Positions 52,490-64,000 of a DNA stretch of 64,000 bases are shown here, in pieces. A model generated the notes under the pieces. The model did no database searches, was not told the origin of the DNA, and was given only the letters and a program-made list of their open reading frames with translations. The stretch comes from Magallana gigas (Eukaryota): assembly GCF_963853765.1 (NCBI RefSeq), contig NC_088860.1, forward strand, positions 13,702,001 through 13,766,000, read 5' to 3'. The position numbers were made by a program, and so were the translations under genes. How positions within the stretch are numbered: position 1 is the stretch's first letter; each line of letters starts with the position of its first letter.

Positions 52490-55400
52490 CTACTCCCGCC
52501 TTCTCCGAACAATTCTGGACACAAATTGTCGAAATCTTTTCAACAAACCTGGTCTCTTTTCTTTCTTCTCTTCTCTCATTTTCTAGAATGTCATTTTTTT
52601 CTTTTATTAGAAGTAGAATTTTATTTGTGTAATTACTGAATTATTTTTTCAAAACTCGAATTGTCTTAAAATTTAATCTGATTGGACTTTGCTTGATGAT
52701 CTTATACCTTAACATACAATGGTTTAGACCGCTTTGTGTAACAGCAAGGCAGACACAGCATGACTCCTGTGAACGACTCCACGCTTTCTTCTTGGATTAT
52801 TCCCTTTTCGATCACATCTTGTATCTGTGAAATAATGATTTAACTATACATATTAACATGATAAAACAAACCTACATGTACATTATGTAAATTATTTCAT
52901 TTGACACTGAAAGTCACATTTGTCTGCAATACATTACGTATACCTACATGTGCATTTTCTTCTCTTATGGAGAGTTCGTTATTCCTCAGTTCCTCATGCT
53001 GCAAAAAAATAATCATTTTAAAGTAAATGGATGAATACAAGTTATGACCCTGTATTTACAATTTTTTACTTTCTCAGCTGAACTTATATAGCAATACTTA
53101 CCACGATCTCGTAAGCGGAGTCTTCGCTGTCCAGTTGGTGATAGCTGGCACCTGGGTATCCCGACCTCACTAAGCTAAAACGTAAAACCTATATTATATA
53201 TGTAAAATATGATGAGAGAGAGAGAGAGATGTTTGGAATTTTTATATTCAGTATGCATGTAACATATTGGATGGTTGAAGTTAATGGGCGGTGTTACTCA
53301 ACGTGACCTACATGTTGACATCGTGCTGTCGTATGGACTGGAAGAACTCCTCCACGGTCATTTTGTCTGGTTCACTCTGTGTCTCACTCATAGACATCAG
53401 GAGGGTGGAGCTGTGGAGAAGGGGGGGGGGGGGGTTTACAAATCATAGCCAACCTGGACTTATGCTTGTTTCAAACATCGCAAAGCGAGGAAAGTTACAT
53501 TTACAATTTTTTTAGGTATTGCGATTATTTTATTTACCTGGAACCTGCCCCCGGAAAGCCGACCCTCGGTAATCTATAATTAAACACAGGTAATATGAAA
53601 AGATTTATGTAGGATATGTATTGTATAATAATATTATACTAGTACAATAGCAAAGTTACATGAATTATGCTGTTTTCCGTCATATATTAAGTGACCATTC
53701 TAAATTTATCATTTTAATTTTTGTTTTAATTTGTCTATTATGACTTTATACCCTCCATAAACTGACGTCTCCATTTCTCTCTGTCTGATTTTCTGGTACA
53801 GTTCCTCAGGAGAGATAGGCGGGATATAATTATTTTCCAACAATTGTTTGCTTGATCTGAAGAATAGAAAAAAAACATTTGAATTAAAATTATCAATTCA
53901 TAAATTACTCTAACCAATAGCCTATAAGATACCAATGTATACATTTTTATTCTAAGTGAACGGAAAAAGAAGAAATCTTACAAATGAATATTATTTAATT
54001 ATAAAATACTATAGTTTACACTTAATCTGATTTTTAGATTGGGGGGGGGGGGGGTGTAGCATAAAAAATACAGCCGACTTTATCAGACCTGTTTGTCAGT
54101 GACTGCTGAGCTATACTCTATTTTTGTTTTTTTACATCTTTGATATTAAGAAGGCTGAATGGTTGTGACCTTTTACTAGACTATAAAAATCTTCTTCGAA
54201 GAAGAGCTCAGTAAAAAAGATACAGCAAAAAGTTAAAAAATTTCAAGGTAAAATATTTGATATATTTTTTCTACATTGGTTTATATAGCTACTCAAATCA
54301 TACCTAAAAATTTCAAGAAAATCGGATGGCAAATTTGTTGACCACTCAGTTAAGAGTATCCAAAAGCAAGTTTTTCCTAGCCCATATTTATCAGTCTTTT
54401 ATGGTTAAGAATAGAATAGAAAAGCGATATACATTTTTTTTAATGGTTAGATTTTGAAGCAAAAGACGAAAATTGTTTTAAAGTAAACAAAAATATAAAG
54501 ATGAACTTCAAAGGTAAAAATTGTATATCTGCATTGTTGAAGGATAGATATGAATCTTGCGCGAGCTTACGTTAGAATATCTTTTTGTCCGAGTTTCTGC
54601 AACTTTTCTTCCACTTGAAGAACCGACTGGCTTTGTGTTTTGTCGTCTCCAGAAAGGTTTAATTCAGAGCTGTAAAAACCAAGGTTCATTTCCAGATTAA
54701 AATGTTAATAATGAATTTAATCACGAGAACAAAAGATTTCACAAAATTCTCAACACACTCACCTGAGAGCGGCAGCTGAATTTTGTTTATTTTCCTCGTC
54801 CAATATCATTATATCTTCCTTTTCTTTTTTCTCCTTTCCTTCACCATTTTGTTCGAATTTGTCTACTGCCATCTCAGCCTGTCCGTTAGTTTCCGGAAAC
54901 CCTGATCTCAAAAGTCTGTTATGGAATAACCAAACGGGTTGCAAAATTGGCAAAATACACGGTAAGTGACTTCTACGGCAAACACTATTTAAATAAAAAA
55001 ATATTGGAGACTTTCAATGGCTTACATCTCCATTTCTCTCTGTCTCATATTCTGGAATATCTGTTCTACAGGGACAGCGGACTCCTCCTCTACTCCAAAG
55101 TCTTCTGACAGTCGTCTATAGGCAGTGATTTCAAACATTTTGATCATTAAGTTAGAGTTGTTTAATAAATGTAAATTTTTACACAAGTCACTTTTATACG
55201 AAATACATTAGAGTTTTACCCGGACTTTGCGGAATCATCACTTTGACCAATGTCCACAGACACCACCTGGTGTGGATCATCAATATACACCTCCTGTTGA
55301 ACAGAGTGAAATTGTTAATTACTTTACCCTTGTCAATTGCAACGTAAATTTAACTTTCAAATTGCCTTTTTTATGTTTTTAACCGAGTATTCAAAAGGAA

Positions 55401-55649
55401 AAATCCGGTTTTTGAAATTGTGAAAATGGTGGGTGGCTGCCAAAAGTGTACTCCTATTGTACGGATAACTTCTCCTACATTTTTCAAGGTAGGAAGTTGT
55501 TCTTTTGCAGGTCAATTGTACATCCATGTATATCAGAGATGTGCATATTACTTGTATTTGATTTTTGTTAATTTATGGGGGAAAATACAACCTGTTGTAT
55601 TTAGTTATTATTTCATTTGTTTCCTTTTAAAAGTGTTTCTTACCTCCAT
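52490..55649 (-). CDS. Uncharacterised acidic protein with a triplicated motif and polybasic C-terminus; 331 aa, 12 exons
   Basis: Minus-strand exons 55649-55644, 55293-55220, 55115-55026, 54915-54763, 54669-54571, 53856-53752, 53573-53538, 53410-53312, 53174-53102, 52998-52948, 52824-52708, 52582-52490 (996 nt). All introns are GT-AG, phases are consistent and there are no internal stops. Starts MEEVYIDDPHQVV, ends KRPGLLKRFRQFVSRIVRRRRE*. Confidence 0.8.
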
Positions 55650-55700
55650 ATCTTCAATGGTAAAACAGCGCTTGAAAACGTGTTCGAGTATCAACTCGAA

Positions 55701-55708
55701 TGACGTCA
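55701..55708. promoter_or_regulatory. Full CRE/ATF palindrome TGACGTCA, 52 nt upstream of the orphan gene ATG
   Basis: Motif seen directly; function is inferred only from position. Confidence 0.3.
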
Positions 55709-55910
55709 CAATTGAAAATCATTACGCGGATTACAATCATAACGTCACACAACACCCTTGTAGACTTCCTGGTTACTACGCCACAAAATATAGCGATATA
55801 AATTTTTTTTTGATATATTTTGTATATGAAATACATAGTCACTTTTTATTTAATCGATTAAATCGTTCCTATGAAAGAACAAAATAATATGCAATTAAAG
55901 AATGCGTTTC

Positions 55911-55913
<3 letters not shown>

Positions 55914-55990
<77 letters not shown>
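55914..55990. repeat. (GA)n microsatellite
   Basis: Direct reading. Confidence 0.95.
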
Positions 55991-56001
<11 letters not shown>

Positions 56002-56119
56002 ATTTTAATTTAATTGATGGAAATGCAAATACAGTTTAGGTTAAGGATGACAATCTTGTGTTTTATTGTGCGGAATTTCCGCAGTGTAGTAATTTTATAG
56101 TCGTCTTGTATCAGATATT

Positions 56120-56213
56120 GATTGGTATGGCGCGCCATAGTGTCCTCCTTGAAGCGTCGCATTGGTAGACCGCACGTTCACATCAGATAGCATAGGTGAT
56201 ACTGGTATTCAAG
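56120..56213 (+). promoter_or_regulatory. Putative promoter and non-coding first exon of the nitrobindin gene
   Basis: Reverse CCAAT (GATTGG, 56120), 14-bp palindrome TATGGCGCGCCATA (56126-56139) and consensus donor AAG|GTAAGT at 56213/56214. Confidence 0.4.
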
Positions 56214-56953
56214 GTAAGTAGGCTCTAAATGCAACCCCACAAACTTTTACACTTTAGAAAATGTGTTGTCCTTCCATACCGATAAAAATTAAATATCAAT
56301 TTGAGCTTCGAAATCAGCTACTTTTGATTTTTAAATTCCTTCGATCGTCATCTTCGTGTTTTGGTATTCTTTACGACTTACCTAATTAATATTTAATAAC
56401 TTCAAACGCAGAACCAAAATGAGATATAAAATAAAAATTAAAGTCAAACTTTTTAGCTTGTGAACGTGATGAATGTATAGCGGCACGTTAGTGCTATTTT
56501 GTATTGTTAAATATAAATAAAATAATTCAAGTACCTGTATTTTAACCAACATTGAATTTTCAATTTTAGTTTTTTAAAAGAAAACGGACAAACACGGTTA
56601 TAAAATCAGTAAAATATTTTTTGACGGTTCATTCTGGTATTAAGGAAGCGGGAAAATTACATTATCATCACTGACCACGTATAAGCCGTATTAGGTATAC
56701 ACTACAAAATTTGTCACTGATACTATTTACGAATTAGATCAATACAAATTTAATTGCAATTTAATTGTCTGTGTATGAACATCAGACTGTATCTTTAACC
56801 CTTACTGAACTGTTAAAAAAATTGCTTTTGTTTATTTTTTTAAATAAAGTAGACTTTATAAATACTGTAACCAATATGACCTTAATTTTGTTAAAAATAT
56901 AAGATTATCAAAAATATTAATTTAATGTTGTTCAATATCTTATACTTACGAAG

Positions 56954-56957
<4 letters not shown>

Positions 56958-57037
<80 letters not shown>
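56958..57037. repeat. (CT)n microsatellite
   Basis: Direct reading. Confidence 0.95.
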
Positions 57038-57043
<6 letters not shown>

Positions 57044-57574
57044 TCGATATACATGTACACATAGTATCGAAAATACAAACTGACGACAGATTCTTTTTTG
57101 GCTTTTCCGTCTAAATGTAACTTTTTAAAAGATTACCCTATTGTGTATAAACCCCCCCCCCCTTCTGTGAATTGCAACCGTTAAATCTCTTTCAATGGAA
57201 AAGCAGCAGACAAATCTTTCGTACCATTCTCTTTTACAATAGTTTACATATATACATACATATTTCATTTGCCTGCCTTTATTTACTTTTATTTGCATTA
57301 AATAGTGTTCGAACATTGTTTGCAACTGCAAAAGTCGTTTCAAACCATGTTGTTTTTTTGGTCGTTGGAATTGCAGTGCTACATGATCCGAGACTTCGGT
57401 TAAATATTTTTTCTGCACTGCCCACAACTACTACATTCCGATGAACAAAAAAGAAACATATTGTTAAAATTCTTTTTTTAATAACTTTGGTACTTTGCTT
57501 TAGACTTTTTGTGTTCTTCAAAATATTGCACTTTTTATTTTGTCGGCAGGGCAAAGAAACTTGAAGAAATAGAC

Positions 57575-59303
57575 ATGGCAGCTAAAGGTATTAAATATGT
57601 TTTTATATAAGACTGTATAACTGATTGTTTTTGTAGATATCAGGTTAAATTTGCTATAGGCCGCAGTAATATTATTTTCCAAAACATCTCTCGACAGATG
57701 TACCGTTACACGAGGCGGCGAAACCATTGCAATGGTTGCTTGGCAAATGGAAAGGCCAGGGCAAGGGAATCTACCCTACCATCAAAGATTTTGAGTACAT
57801 TGAAGACCTGGAGTTCTTCCATGTTGGTCAACCAATGCTCCAGTTCAGGTACGTTGAAACCAAAAAGTATTTTGGTTTTTTAAATAAATGACAATTTCAG
57901 AAAAATTGACCAATATCCACGTACTTGTATTTAAAAGATGTCTTAGCAATAAGAGCCTTTTATTTTTTAGTGAAATCCGAATTAAAATTGAAATACAGAA
58001 TGATGATTTCAATATGAATTGTAGGCCGTTTAGGAAGTGGATGGGTCGGTGGGACATATTCATCTTGTGACGTACTTTCTTTAGCAATGAACTAATAAAA
58101 TGAATTTTAATTTTAATTTTTCTGTAGTCTAGCGTATCGCAATTGGTTACTAACAAACAGTTCACGCCTCTTCTTGGCTCGAAATTATTTGTACACGGAT
58201 TTAATTTACATGCGAATGTATCTTGCGAGTCTGTATATTTTGGATTAGATTTACTTAATTTTATTTTTCATAACCTCTTTTACGCCTCGCTTCTTGTTAT
58301 GCATTGATTTCTTCTTAATCATTAGCGTATAATATATATATGTATTTTTTAAAAAGTCGTTAATGATGTTCAGAGTTATCGCTCTTTTCAAAAGCTATTT
58401 TTAAAAGGTCTGTTATTACAACGTATTTTTTCCCTCAGCTTTTATTCTGTACACAAAGACACCAATAAAATCCTGCACAGAGAAGTTGGGTTTCTTCGAA
58501 TCAAACCTGGAACCAATCAAGTGGCATTCATATCATCTCACAACAACGGTATGTATAAGGAAAATACATGTACTATGAAGGAATATATATAACTAAAATT
58601 AAAATATTTTTTTCTATATCATTTCTATACATAAAGTTGATTGATATCATTCCGCCAGGTGTCAGTGAGATGGCTGAGGGGACGGTGGAGGGTCAGAGTG
58701 TCGGCCTGGAATCGCACACTCTAGGACGCATGTCTTTCGGTAAAGATCCTCAGACAAAGAAGGTGATTGCTTTTATAATTTTTGGTAATTACTCGATAGA
58801 TTCTACGGAATATTTCGTAACTTTAAGGAATAACAAACGAGTGTGTATGTTACCGGCTTCTTGGAATGATGTACCCGGTATATTAATTTATTTTCTTTTT
58901 CGTGGGAAAACAATCGGTAATTTATTATATGTTGCACTCTGAAATGATTCTGACTTGGAAAAGAGTTCTGCTTCATTGAGATGTTCTTAAGTTTCATATC
59001 TCCATGTATTTGCATTAATAAAAGTATCAACTTTTGGGGTTTTTTTTAATTAAAAAAAATGTGTTTGTAATACAAAAGTTTTGCTGTAGTGTTGGTAGGA
59101 TCTGTGAATTCATAACTATCAGCAAGATGGCTGACGGTAATCTTTTACAGTACATAAATCTGTAATGCTTTTGTTTTCCTTTTTAGTTGAAGAGAACCCT
59201 AACGCTAGAGGGAGACACACTACATCAGGTGTTGTTTATGGAGACAAGTAACGTCACTATGACTGAACATTTACGAGCAACTTATAAAAAGGTGGAATAC
59301 TAG
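57575..59303 (+). CDS. Stand-alone nitrobindin (THAP4 C-terminal-like heme beta-barrel, peroxynitrite isomerase); 164 aa, 5 exons
   Basis: Exons 57575-57587, 57698-57848, 58439-58548, 58659-58762, 59187-59303 (495 nt). Motifs PLQWLLGKWKGQGKGIYPTI, HVGQPMLQFS, LHREVGFLRIKP and LGRMSFGKDP, plus the C-terminal heme-ligand His in TEHLRATYKKV, all match nitrobindin. Confidence 0.9.
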
Positions 59304-59665
59304 TAGTTCAATGGAACCCAAAGTCATTAATTAATTATGAATGAGTTCCATTCACAGTGATTCAGGCGTACTCTATACATGTACTTTGATCATTGTTGAT
59401 CTGAGAGTGTGGTTAGCTTTTTTCTTCTAGTCAATACCGCCATCTTTTGCCAGTTGCTTACAAAGATCTACGACACAAATTGCTCTCAGAACCATAAGGA
59501 ATAGCAATGTACATGTATAATACATATATAAGAAGACTTATTGTTAAGCTACTTAATCAAAATAAACTCTGGAAGAAACATTTTTTTGTTTGTTGCTTTT
59601 ATAAATGATAAGGTATGCGATCCAGTGTACATCTGCACAGCTTATAAATGTAACAATGGTGATTG

Positions 59666-60930
59666 TTATACTTTCATGTTAAATACTGAAATCTGATTGG
59701 TTAAGACGCAGTTCATAATCCGTTCTATTACCCTCAGCGTTAGCAACACACTTAGCAACGGGTACATTAAAAATTGTTACATGCGCGAAAATTATGCGCG
59801 TACGGTTCGCTGTAGAATTCACGTTATTCCTATATAAAAGCAGTAAAATTTTCTTAAAAATTAAGACATTCAGTGTAACAAAATAAATAGTGCCTGTTTG
59901 GGAGGATAACAGTTGAAATTGACACCCCTCGAAAACCATTGTAAACCTCCGCTTCGCGTCGGTTGACAATGGTTTTCTCGGAGTGTCAATTTCAACTGTT
60001 ACCCTCCCAAACAGGCACTATTTATATAATAAAAGTTGGAGATCATTCAAGGGACGAGACAAACAGCTTGATTTGAAATTCTTAAAGAGATTGCAGGTTT
60101 AAACTTTAATTGTTAGTATTAAATGGTTTTATTAACAAGAACCATACGGTTTATAGATAAAACGTAAATCTGTTATTATTTGTTACAAATAATATTATTA
60201 TACTTTCATGTTAAATACTGAAATCTGATTGGTTAAGACGCAGTTGATAATCCGTTTTGTTATACTTTCATGTTAAATACTGAAATCTGATTGGTTAAGA
60301 CGCAGTTCATAATCCGTTCTATTACCCTCAGCGTTAGCAACGCACTTAGCAACGGGTAACATTAAAAATTGTTACATGCGCGAAAATTATGCGCGTACGG
60401 TTCGCTGTAGAATTCACGTTATTCCTATATAAAAGCAGTAAAAATTTTCTTAAAAATTAAGACATTCAGTATAACAAAATAAATAGTGCCTGTTTGGGAG
60501 GATAACAGTTGAAATTGACACCCCTCGAAAACCATTGTAAACCTCCGCTTTGTGTCGGTTGACAATGGTTTTCTCGAGGTGTCAATTTCAACTGTTACCC
60601 TCCCAAACAGGCACTATTTATATACTATTACCCTCAGCGTTAGCAACACACTTAGCAACGGGTAACACAACGAATTTTCACATGCGCGTAAATTATGCGC
60701 CTACGGTTCGCCGTAGAATTCGCGTCATTTCTATATAAGAGCAGTAAATATTTCTATAAAAATAAGACATTCAGTATAATAAAATAAATAGTGCCTGTTT
60801 GGGAGGATAACAGTTGAAATTGACACCCCTCGAAAACCATTGTCAACTCCCGCTTCGCGTCGGTTGACAATGGTTTCCTCGGAGTCAATTTCAACTGTTA
60901 CCCTCCCAAACAGGCACTATTTATATAATG
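59666..60930. mobile_element. Three clustered copies of a roughly 365-bp non-autonomous element with a long subterminal hairpin (family uncertain, possibly Crypton-like)
   Basis: Copies at 59666-60030, 60198-60625 (5' 63 bp duplicated) and 60626-60930 (5'-truncated). Each carries about 65-bp inverted arms AAATAGTGCCTGTTTGGGAGGATAACAGTTGAAATTGACACC.. around a CCGCTTCGCGTC-type loop. Confidence 0.8.
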
Positions 60931-62845
60931 TTTCTTCAAAATATACTTCATATTGTGACGTCATCGTATTGGGACATAGCAAGAGCTCTCTGTTATAAAG
61001 CAGGCTCACCGTTGATTCAAGAACCTGCTACACAGCACTCAAGGATTAAATGTGAATATTTTTTTTGTAACGTAAAATGGGAAGTTTCTGCTTTATTATT
61101 CAAAATAAACATCAAAGACGGTAAACTTCCGTGACTTAAAATACCGTAATAAATTACTAAACAGGAATGAAACACATAAATTAAAATACATAAAATTGTC
61201 TTTATTTATTTCGTCATAATACTGCAGACAGATGAGTCGTAACATCCCTTTTTATTATTTTTCCTTTATTTTGATTCCATTAGTGCAAGAACAGGTGCCC
61301 GTGAAAAATTCCCCGTGCTTTAAGGACAACATTCTGGTTAGTGGCAACAAATGTGACATTTTTGTTTCCTTTTGAGACTTGACAATTTTTTAACTGTTGC
61401 ACTGTATATATATAGTGATGGCTGATAGACACATATTTTCACAACTAACAAAAAAAAAAACCCCCACCAAAACAATGACACCATCGAAAATAGAACAATT
61501 ATATTGAACAAAAAAATGAAGCTGCTGTCTGGTACCCATTAAAACTTGAATAGAAAATTCTTATTTTTTTCTTCAGTTTGATTATCATAGCTGATAGCGA
61601 TACATGTCACAATCTGCAACACACTTGGCAAATTTTGTAAATAACAAGAATAAAAAAAAATAAATTGACATATAATTTGATAGTCTCGATTGATTGTTAA
61701 AGATACAATATCGTGTTAAATGACAAGCACTAGTTGCATATATCGAAGTTTTCTGTAAAACTAAATAAAATCATGTCTGATGTATTTATGCTTTCAAATA
61801 AAGAATCAGCATTGATTAAAGTTTTATAATTTCACGTAAATATACGTTGGCACGTAAACCCGAAATTCCCCGTACATCTACAGAATTGCAGCATTCAATA
61901 AACAAAATAAAATCCAAGTTTTTTTTTAGATTAAAATTGACGAGAATTAATTTGAAACCTTACCATAACAAATATTTTTTGATTGATTGTTTTCAATTAC
62001 ATGTACTTCATTTACTTGTTGATTAATATGACAATTCAATTTACACGTACATCGGTCTTAGAACGTTGATTGGTAAATTTTAGCTCTCTAAAACTTATGT
62101 TTCCCAGGATTTTAAGCATGCACGCATGTCATTACACTTGCTTGTCTAATAACAGGTTGATATAGCCTTTTTGATGACTAAGGTTTATTTGTACTCAAAA
62201 TAATGAGACATATAGACTGGGAATAATATATACCCAGGAGCACAACGTGTCAATTTCATAGGGCTGCAATGTACATGTAATGTAAAAAGAAAATCTAGTA
62301 CATAGTATCTTTGGACCAATTTTGATTAAAGGAAAGATAACGATTTTCGTCGCGATGTCTATCGGAATTTATGAAAAGGCGGAGACAAAACAAGAATTTT
62401 CGAACAATTGCCAACCAAAAAGCAGGGATTTAAAAATGAAAATAAAATCCCGTGATAAGATTCCATTTAAATGACAAATCTTTTTATCAAAAACTAAGTA
62501 CTATTATCTTATTAGACAGAGACGTTTTGCCAAGCATTATCCTTACTAAGTTTTAATTCCTGTCGTCCCTTTATTTGTTGAATTTCTATATTGTTATAAA
62601 CATTCCTAAAGCTGGCGATCATACATCCAAAAATGATTAAGTGGTCCAAGATTAAAAAAATAAAATTACAATGCTTTATCTACAGCCAAAAACCATAATA
62701 TATGAAACTGGCTGAGAGCGACTTCGCTATGGGAATCAAATTCTTTGCGAAGAAAATTAATGTTACAGACTACTAGTATACATTTACGCTTTCAAACTTT
62801 AAACACCATTTATTCAAACTTCCACCTCTATTCGGTATATACGCG

Positions 62846-63891
62846 CTAAACTGCGTCTGCAAAATCGTCCTCATTGTCCGACATACACACGTAGAACTCC
62901 TCCTCCTCGTCAGAATGACACACGGGATCCGCCCAGATGTCTCCCGGAAGTCCTTCCGCCGCCGTCATGAATTTCTCCTCCGTGGCGTACACGCGACCTT
63001 TGGTGGTGCGCGACCTAACGACCACTGCATCCACCGAATCCCATTCCTCGTCCTCCCGCGGTGACGTCAGAGACGGGTCAGGGGCGGCGCTAGTGCGATA
63101 AACCCGCCTGGTTCCTTTGATTGTCATTTGAGGTCTCTTCTTCTTTCCCAACGCGTCACTTTCTGCTTTTGTCAATGGGCTGTGCCCCTTTGTTGATTGT
63201 TGCGCGTCACTTCCGCTTTTTCGACGCAAACTTCCTTCTTTCATTTTGCTGACAAATTTGCTTAATCGCTGTCGGTTCTTTTTACTTACCCGTTGTAAAT
63301 TATTGATTTCGTTCACAGATATCGGGATCTTTGGTCCATTTTCGCGTTTGTTTTTAATAACGTCTGCTATCACATTCTTGATGTCCTCGACATGGAGTAA
63401 TGTATTAAATTCAGTCAGTTTTGAAAGTCTTTTGAATGCTTCGTGGGAATACTTGAAGTTAAACGTAGAATATGGCGATTCTTTGTCATCGAATATATCA
63501 AACGCGGCAAATTTGATTTCTTCGTTTGTTTCTCTCGGTACACCTGAGTTACAACAAAAAAGAATGTTTGTAAAGTATGTACACAACTTTCCAAATGATA
63601 CTTTTACCTTAAACTTATATATGGGTAACAATGAGTTTAGAAATTTAGATTTATGTATATCATTTATTAAACGCACTATTCTAAATAAAACACCATAAAC
63701 TCACCTGGAGCTTTAAATCTGCGAAATTCAATATTAACGAGACAAAAATGGAGAACTATTGGACAGTATGGATCTGTTGGATGCTTGAATATATACAGTT
63801 CTTTCATTCCTTCTCGATCAAAGACCGTTACGTCAATCGGGGGAAAAGGCAGTTTGTTCAGATTGGCCCATTTCTCCGCCAGTTTGAGTTC
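62846..63891 (-). CDS. PLA2G4A: Cytosolic phospholipase A2 (group IV, PLA2G4A-like), last two exons; gene continues beyond the window
   Basis: Minus-strand exons 63891-63705 (ELKLAEKWANLNKLPFPPID..FDREGMKELYIF..FRRFKAP) and 63543-62846 (GVPRETNEEIKFAAFDIFDDKESPYSTFNFKY..AFKRL..FNTL). Both closely match the cPLA2-alpha C-terminal region. Confidence 0.92.
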
Positions 63892-64000
63892 CTACAAGCA
63901 CAGCAAATGTGTTAAGGTAGTTCACTACCGAATCCGCCTGGGGCTTCCGTTTATATTTACTGAATTAAATTTTTGGGAAAAGAAAATTCGACTGATTTGA

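Noticed and set aside
52708-52944. Alternative C-terminus of the orphan gene via donor at 52944 (phase 1, ending ..LLLHKAV*)
   Set aside because: The phase-0 route keeps the 117-nt exon open and joins a clean last exon. The alternative cannot be excluded without RNA data but is less parsimonious.
57306-57398. Possible in-frame hydrophobic N-terminal extension exon for nitrobindin (SVRTLFATAKVVSNHVVFLVVGIAVLHDPRLR)
   Set aside because: The phase fits, but the donor (GTTAAA) is weak. The only good upstream exon (ending 56213) has a stop in the required frame, so no start codon can be linked.

Overview
AT-rich eukaryotic genomic DNA with short GT-AG introns, most consistent with a bivalve mollusc. 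An oyster is my inference from gene content, intron sizes, abundant TACATGTA motifs and repeat types. There are no prokaryotic features or CRISPR arrays. I hand-spliced ten genes; every complete model has phase-consistent junctions and a total length divisible by 3. In order: (1) the last exon of an Asp/Arg block-repeat protein (+, 2.8-3.9 kb); (2) a 10-exon CYP17/CYP356-like cytochrome P450 (+); (3) an 18-exon NSD-family H3K36 methyltransferase (-); (4) ARGLU1 (+); (5) a 112-aa secreted candidate peptide precursor (+); (6) a RING-Bbox-Bbox-coiled-coil-SPRY-like TRIM (-); (7) CDC20 (+); (8) an unrecognised 12-exon, 331-aa protein with a triplicated motif (-); (9) a stand-alone nitrobindin (+); (10) the 3' end of a cytosolic phospholipase A2 with a long extra tail (-). 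Intergenic and intronic DNA holds MITE-like and hairpin elements, SINE fragments, a 19-bp minisatellite and GA microsatellites. The best leads are candidate poison exons in the ARGLU1 intron equivalent to the vertebrate detained intron, the amidated-peptide-like precursor, the Lys-free Asp/Arg repeat protein and the 331-aa orphan gene. All family calls rest on motif recognition; no database search was run.
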